Of a stretch of DNA of 32,000 nt, positions 27,151-32,000 are shown piece after piece (position 1 is the stretch's first letter; every line of letters begins with the position of its first letter). Made by a program: the position numbers and the translations under genes. The notes beneath the pieces were generated by a model that saw nothing but the letters and a program-made list of their open reading frames with translations, searched no databases and was not told the DNA's origin. The stretch comes from Flavobacteriaceae bacterium (GTDB lineage Bacteria > Bacteroidota > Bacteroidia > Flavobacteriales > Flavobacteriaceae), in the NCBI GenBank assembly GCA_965224465.1, contig OZ245049.1, positions 3,810,001-3,842,000 of the forward strand, written 5' to 3'.

Positions 27151-27179
27151 TTGTGGCGTCAACATTTTTGCTAACTTTG
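27151..27179 (+). promoter_or_regulatory. Candidate Bacteroidota promoter (-33 TTG, 18-nt spacer, -7 TAACTTTG)
   Basis: TTG at 27151-27153 and TAACTTTG at 27172-27179. The ATG is at 27196. Confidence 0.45.
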
Positions 27180-27195
27180 CGCAAAAAGGATATTA

Positions 27196-29562
27196 ATGGA
27201 TTTTTGGCAACTAGTTTCGAGAGTTATTCTTAAGGGACGTTATTTTATACTGGTTTTAATTGCTGCGGCAACTTGTTTTTTGGCTTCACAAATGCAGTAC
27301 ATGCAGTTTTCGCATACGGAAGCAAACTTACTTCCGGAGGATCATCAAAGTAATATTGACTACGATCATTTTGTAGATATTTTTGGAGAAGAAGGGAATT
27401 TAATTATACTAGCAGTCAAAGATTCTACTATTTTTACGCCAGAAAAATTCAATGCTTGGAATGCTCTATCTAAGAAATTAGGAACCTATAAAGAGGTTGA
27501 TTTCACCATGTCTTTTGGTGATATTAAGAAATTAAAGTCCGATCCAAAAAATAAACGTTTTGTAGTGGAACCATTTTTTAAAGGAATCCCCAAAACGAAA
27601 GAAGAAATTCTTAAGGTTAAAAAAGAATTGTTTGAGCGCAATCCGTTTTTTGACAACCTCTTGTTTAATAAAAAAACAGGTACCATACAAACTGCTATTT
27701 ATTTAGATAAGAAAATCTTAAATACATCTGTTAGAAAAGATTTTATACTAAAAGATTTAATTCCAATAATTCACGCTTTTGAAAAGAAGTATGATATCAA
27801 TGTAAGGACTTCAGGGATGCCGTATATACGTACCTTGAATGCACAAAATATTGTGGATGAAATAGGATTGTTTGTAGGGCTTGCTCTCGCAGTTACCGCC
27901 TTTATCTTTTTCTTGTTTTTCAGATCCTTTAGAGCTACTTTTATTACCTTGCTAGTGGTGTGTATTGGGGTGGTTTGGTCCTTTGGATTTATAGGCTGGT
28001 TCCGTTACGAAATAAGTGTGTTAATGGCTTTGATTCCGCCCTTAATCATTGTGATTGGAGTTCCAAATGCGATTTTCTTGATTAATAAATATCAACAAGA
28101 AGTTAAAAAACATGGAAATCAAGCCAAATCATTGCAACGTGTAATTACTAAAATAGGGAATGCTACCTTAATGACCAACGTTACTACAGCGTCTGGATTT
28201 GCAACCTTTATTTTTACGAAAAGTCAGTTATTGGCAGAATTTGGTATTATTGCTTCTATTAATATTTTAGGGATTTTTGTCTTGGCAATTTTATTGATTC
28301 CAATTATATATAGTTTTATGCCATTGCCCAAAGAACAACATCTAAAACACTTAGATCGCAAGTGGATAGAAGCTATTGTGGGTTGGATGGAAAATATGGT
28401 ACGCAACCATCGCATCGCTATTTATGGAAGTTCTGTGGTGATTATCATCGTTAGTATGATTGGCGTTTATATGATTAAAGTCTCTGGTAGTATCATAGAA
28501 GACATGCCAAAAGATAAAGATTTTTACCATGATATTGTTTTCTTTGAAGAAGAATTTGGAGGAATTTTGCCTTTTGAAATTCTGATAGATACTAAAAAGA
28601 AAAATGGTGTGATGAAATTGAGTACGCTTAAGCGCATGGAGCGATTGAGTGAAACTATTGAAGAGATTCCACAGTTGTCTAGGCCTATTTCTGTCGTAGA
28701 TGTTATTAAATATACCAAACAGGCATTTTATAATGGCAATCCTAAATACTATCAATTGCCGACATCACAAGACAAAAATTTTATTTTAAGTTATACTAAA
28801 AATACTAAAAATAATTCCAATTTATTAAAAAATTATGTAGATTCAACAGGGCGTTATGCACGGATCACTACTTTTATGAAAGATGCTGGGACGGATAAAA
28901 TGGAATTGATCGAAACCCAATTAAAAAATAAAATAGCAAAAGAATTTCCGGAAAGTAAGTATGTTGTTACCATGACTGGAAAAGCATTGATTTTCTTAAA
29001 GGGAACTAATTATTTAATCCATAATTTAGTACTTTCTTTGTCTTTGGCAATTCTTTTGATTGCATTATTTATGGCGTTTATGTTCCGTTCTTTCCGAATG
29101 ATTTTAATCTCTCTAATTCCGAATATTTTTCCTTTATTGATTACAGCAGGATTAATGGGGTATTTAGGCGTGCCTATCAAACCATCTACCATCTTAGTTT
29201 TTAGCATCGCTTTTGGGATTTCGGTGGATGATACGATTCACTTTTTGGCAAAATACCGTCAAGAATTAAAGGCAAATAACTGGCGTATAAAAGTTTCTGT
29301 TTATGCCGCACTAAGAGAAACAGGAGTGAGTATGTTTTATACTTCCATTGTACTGTTTTTTGGATTCTTGGTGTTTGTTGTGTCGAGTTTTGGAGGGACT
29401 ATCGCTTTAGGAGGATTGGTTTCTATTACATTGCTGTTTGCCATGTTGTCCAATTTATTGCTGTTGCCATCGTTATTATTATCTTTAGAGGAAATTATTG
29501 CCAATAAAAAAACTTTTAAAGAGCCAACAGTAGAGATATTAACAGATAAGGAAGATAACTAA
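27196..29562 (+). CDS. RND-superfamily exporter (MMPL / COG1033-type, two 6-TM bundles)
   Basis: 788 aa. Pattern of N-terminal TM, soluble loop, 5-TM cluster (LFVGLALAVTAFIFFLFFRSFRATFITLLVV...) is repeated in the second half (LVLSLSLAILLIALFMAFMFRSFRMILISLIPN...FGISVDDTIHFL). Confidence 0.88.
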   Translation: MDFWQLVSRVILKGRYFILVLIAAATCFLASQMQYMQFSHTEANLLPEDHQSNIDYDHFVDIFGEEGNLIILAVKDSTIFTPEKFNAWNALSKKLGTYKEVDFTMSFGDIKKLKSDPKNKRFVVEPFFKGIPKTKEEILKVKKELFERNPFFDNLLFNKKTGTIQTAIYLDKKILNTSVRKDFILKDLIPIIHAFEKKYDINVRTSGMPYIRTLNAQNIVDEIGLFVGLALAVTAFIFFLFFRSFRATFITLLVVCIGVVWSFGFIGWFRYEISVLMALIPPLIIVIGVPNAIFLINKYQQEVKKHGNQAKSLQRVITKIGNATLMTNVTTASGFATFIFTKSQLLAEFGIIASINILGIFVLAILLIPIIYSFMPLPKEQHLKHLDRKWIEAIVGWMENMVRNHRIAIYGSSVVIIIVSMIGVYMIKVSGSIIEDMPKDKDFYHDIVFFEEEFGGILPFEILIDTKKKNGVMKLSTLKRMERLSETIEEIPQLSRPISVVDVIKYTKQAFYNGNPKYYQLPTSQDKNFILSYTKNTKNNSNLLKNYVDSTGRYARITTFMKDAGTDKMELIETQLKNKIAKEFPESKYVVTMTGKALIFLKGTNYLIHNLVLSLSLAILLIALFMAFMFRSFRMILISLIPNIFPLLITAGLMGYLGVPIKPSTILVFSIAFGISVDDTIHFLAKYRQELKANNWRIKVSVYAALRETGVSMFYTSIVLFFGFLVFVVSSFGGTIALGGLVSITLLFAMLSNLLLLPSLLLSLEEIIANKKTFKEPTVEILTDKEDN

Positions 29563-29607
29563 CTGAAAACGAATAAAAATAATTAATTTAATACAACGAG
29601 CAATCTG

Positions 29608-29615
29608 TATCTTTG
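29608..29615 (+). promoter_or_regulatory. Candidate -7 promoter box (TATCTTTG)
   Basis: Matches TAnnTTTG, 23 nt upstream of the asnS ATG at 29638. Confidence 0.4.
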
Positions 29616-29637
29616 CCGTTCATAAAATATTTTAATA

Positions 29638-31068
29638 ATGAGAAGTACTGTTTCAGAACTCTTAAGTTCAGACAAAATTTTACAAGAAGTATATTTAAAA
29701 GGATGGGTAAGAACCTTTAGAAGCAATCGTTTTATTGCGGTAAATGACGGGTCTACCATTAATAATATACAATGTGTAGTTGATTTTGAAAATACGGATG
29801 AAGCTATTTTGAAACGTATTTCAACAGGCGCTGCTGTAGCTATTACGGGAACTTTAGTAGAAAGTCAAGGAAAAGGACAAAAAGTAGAGGTGACTGTGAC
29901 CAAGTTAGAAGTGTTAGGAGATTCAAATGCCGATGAGTATCCGATTCAACCTAAAAAACACAGCTTAGAATTTCTAAGAGAAAATGCGCATTTGCGTATT
30001 CGTACCAATACTTTTAGTGCGGTAATGCGTTTGCGATCTTCGCTTTCTTTTGCAGTACATAAATATTTTACAGAGAATGGATTTTATAATTTTCATGCAC
30101 CTATTGTAACAGGATCTGATGCCGAAGGCGCAGGTGAAATGTTTAAGGTAACCACTTTTGAAGCGAATAAAGCGCCATTAACAGAAGCGGGTGATATAGA
30201 TTATTCAAAAGATTTTTTTGGAAAGGAAACCAATTTAACAGTTTCCGGACAATTAGAGGCAGAGACCTATGCAATGGCATTGGGTAAAGTATATACTTTT
30301 GGACCTACTTTTAGGGCTGAAAATTCGAATACTACACGTCATTTGGCAGAGTTTTGGATGATTGAACCAGAGGTTGCTTTTAACGATTTAGATGACAATA
30401 TGGATTTGGGAGAAGACTTTATAAAATCGGTCATCGCTTACGTATTGAAACATTGTAAGGATGATTTAAAGTTCTTAGAAGACCGTTTGTTGCAAGAAGA
30501 GAAATCTAAACCTCAAGCTCAGCGTAGCGAGTTGCCTTTGATTGAAAAATTAGAATTTATTACAGAAAATAATTTTAAAAGAGTTTCATACACAGAAGCG
30601 TATGAGATTTTAAAGAATTGTAAGCCTAATAAAAAGAAGAAATTCCAATTTCCTATTACAGAATGGGGCGTTGATTTACAAAGTGAACATGAGCGTTTTC
30701 TAGTTGAAAAACACTTTAAATGCCCTGTGATTTTGTTCGATTATCCAGCATCTATTAAAGCATTTTATATGCGTTTGAATGATGATGGAAAAACAGTGAG
30801 AGCTATGGATATTTTATTCCCAGGCATTGGAGAAATCGTTGGTGGATCACAGCGTGAAGAACGCCTAGATGTATTGAAAGAGAAAATGGCAGCCTTAGGA
30901 ATTGATGAGAAAGAGCTATGGTGGTATCTTGATACACGTAAGTTTGGAACCGCTGTTCACAGTGGGTTTGGACTTGGATTTGAGCGTTTGGTATTGTTTG
31001 TAACTGGAATGTCTAATATTAGAGACGTAATTCCTTTTCCTAGGTCACCACAAAACGCAGAATTTTAA
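29638..31068 (+). CDS. asnS: Asparagine--tRNA ligase
   Basis: 476 aa. OB-fold N-terminus ([22 protein letters not shown]). Class IIb motifs [41 protein letters not shown] and [15 protein letters not shown]. Confidence 0.96.
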   Translation: MRSTVSELLSSDKILQEVYLKGWVRTFRSNRFIAVNDGSTINNIQCVVDFENTDEAILKRISTGAAVAITGTLVESQGKGQKVEVTVTKLEVLGDSNADEYPIQPKKHSLEFLRENAHLRIRTNTFSAVMRLRSSLSFAVHKYFTENGFYNFHAPIVTGSDAEGAGEMFKVTTFEANKAPLTEAGDIDYSKDFFGKETNLTVSGQLEAETYAMALGKVYTFGPTFRAENSNTTRHLAEFWMIEPEVAFNDLDDNMDLGEDFIKSVIAYVLKHCKDDLKFLEDRLLQEEKSKPQAQRSELPLIEKLEFITENNFKRVSYTEAYEILKNCKPNKKKKFQFPITEWGVDLQSEHERFLVEKHFKCPVILFDYPASIKAFYMRLNDDGKTVRAMDILFPGIGEIVGGSQREERLDVLKEKMAALGIDEKELWWYLDTRKFGTAVHSGFGLGFERLVLFVTGMSNIRDVIPFPRSPQNAEF

Positions 31069-31096
31069 GAATAATTATTCAGTAAAAACATTAAAA

Positions 31097-31128
31097 GGGA
31101 GAAACAATTGTGTTTTTCTCTTTTTTTT
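31097..31128 (+). terminator. Rho-independent terminator after asnS
   Basis: gggagaaaca...tgtttttctc forms an imperfect hairpin followed by a T8 run. Confidence 0.6.
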
Positions 31129-31164
31129 AATCCAATACCTATCTTACTTTTCTTATATTTGAAT

Positions 31165-32000
31165 ATGTTAAAGCAAAGTTTAAATTTCAAGTTATTACAA
31201 AAATTATCTCCTCAACAAATTCAGTTGATGAAGTTGATTCAGTTGCCTACGCAGGCTTTTGAGCAACGTATCAAGCAAGAATTGGAAGAAAATCCAGCCC
31301 TGGATAATGGGAAAGAAGAAGCCGATGAATTTGATGAGTTTCAGCAAGATGATTACGATGAAGGTGAGGGTTCTGAGATAATTGAAGCAGAAGATATTAA
31401 TATTGATGAGTATTTGAGTGATGATGAAATCCCTAATTATAAGACACAAGCAAATAATTATTCGGCAGACGATGAGGACAGACAAATTCCTTATGCTGCG
31501 GGAATATCTTTCAATCAGCATTTAAAAAATCAATTACGTACCGTGAGACTGACCGAAGAAGAGTCAGTTATCGCTGAATTTCTAGTAGGAAGCATTGATG
31601 AAAGTGGATATTTGAGAAGAGAGATTGTGGATGTTTTAGACGATTTAGCTTTTACACAGAATATTTTCACAGAAGAGGATCAGGTAGTTAAGATGTTGCG
31701 TGTGGTACAGCAATTAGACCCTGCAGGGGTTGGTGCTCAAAATTTGAGAGATTGCTTGTTAATTCAGTTAAAAAGAAAGAAAGTTACCAAAGATCGCGCG
31801 ATGGCAATTGCTATTATGGAGCAGTCTTTTGAGCATTTTGCTAAGAAGCATTATAAAAAACTTCTTCATAAATTTGATATCGACGAAACGCAATTAAGAG
31901 ATGCTATTTCAGAAATAGAGAAGTTAAATCCCAAGCCAGGAGGTGCCTATGTAGGTGCAAATAAAATAGCAGAGCAAATTGTTCCTGATTTTACGATACG
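31165..32000 (+). CDS. rpoN: RNA polymerase sigma-54 factor, N-terminal part (continues beyond the window)
   Basis: Absent from the ORF track because it has no stop in the window. Manual translation from ATG 31165 gives MLKQSLNFKLLQKLSPQQIQLMKLIQLPTQAFEQRIKQELEENPALD (region I), then an acidic linker and the core-binding block LDPAGVGAQNLRDCLLIQL. Confidence 0.93.
   Translation, partial: MLKQSLNFKLLQKLSPQQIQLMKLIQLPTQAFEQRIKQELEENPALDNGKEEADEFDEFQQDDYDEGEGSEIIEAEDINIDEYLSDDEIPNYKTQANNYSADDEDRQIPYAAGISFNQHLKNQLRTVRLTEEESVIAEFLVGSIDESGYLRREIVDVLDDLAFTQNIFTEEDQVVKMLRVVQQLDPAGVGAQNLRDCLLIQLKRKKVTKDRAMAIAIMEQSFEHFAKKHYKKLLHKFDIDETQLRDAISEIEKLNPKPGGAYVGANKIAEQIVPDFTI

Noticed and set aside
31154-31161. 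TATATTTG box just upstream of rpoN as its promoter
   Set aside because: It ends only 3 nt before the ATG, which clearly starts the conserved sigma-54 region I. A transcript initiating ~7 nt downstream of the box would lack the start codon.
31204-31521. 105-aa minus-strand ORF
   Set aside because: It is antisense to the clear sigma-54 N-terminal region and acidic linker. It is Ile/Leu-rich and is the mirror of the Asp/Glu-rich sense frame.

Overview
AT-rich chromosomal segment with Bacteroidota/Flavobacteriia hallmarks: a SusC/SusD pair, an ECF sigma with a FecR anti-sigma, TAnnTTTG -7 boxes and many lipoprotein signals. In order, it contains: (1) a partial IS4-family insertion sequence (1 to ~1340) that appears to truncate the neighbouring gene. 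(2) A small co-directional cluster ending in a membrane-anchored double-PKD protein and a TssK-like (T6SS baseplate family) protein, with no other T6SS or tail genes in the window. (3) An ~860-bp gap without a convincing gene. (4) A divergently arranged ECF sigma / FecR pair next to a SusC(STN)-SusD-GH2-sulfatase polysaccharide utilisation locus. (5) A five-gene heavy-metal RND (Czc/Cus-type) efflux operon on the minus strand that carries two extra His-rich small proteins. (6) A DUF5686-like outer-membrane beta-barrel plus an RND-superfamily (MMPL/COG1033) exporter. (7) asnS. (8) The 5' part of rpoN. Four dispersed copies, plus one 15-nt terminal fragment, of a ~130-165 bp MITE-like element with imperfect terminal inverted repeats sit at intergenic junctions. 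Three same-orientation copies bracket the PUL modules. No rRNA, tRNA or CRISPR array was recognised. All family assignments come from motif recognition by eye on the supplied translations or my own manual translations; no searches were run.
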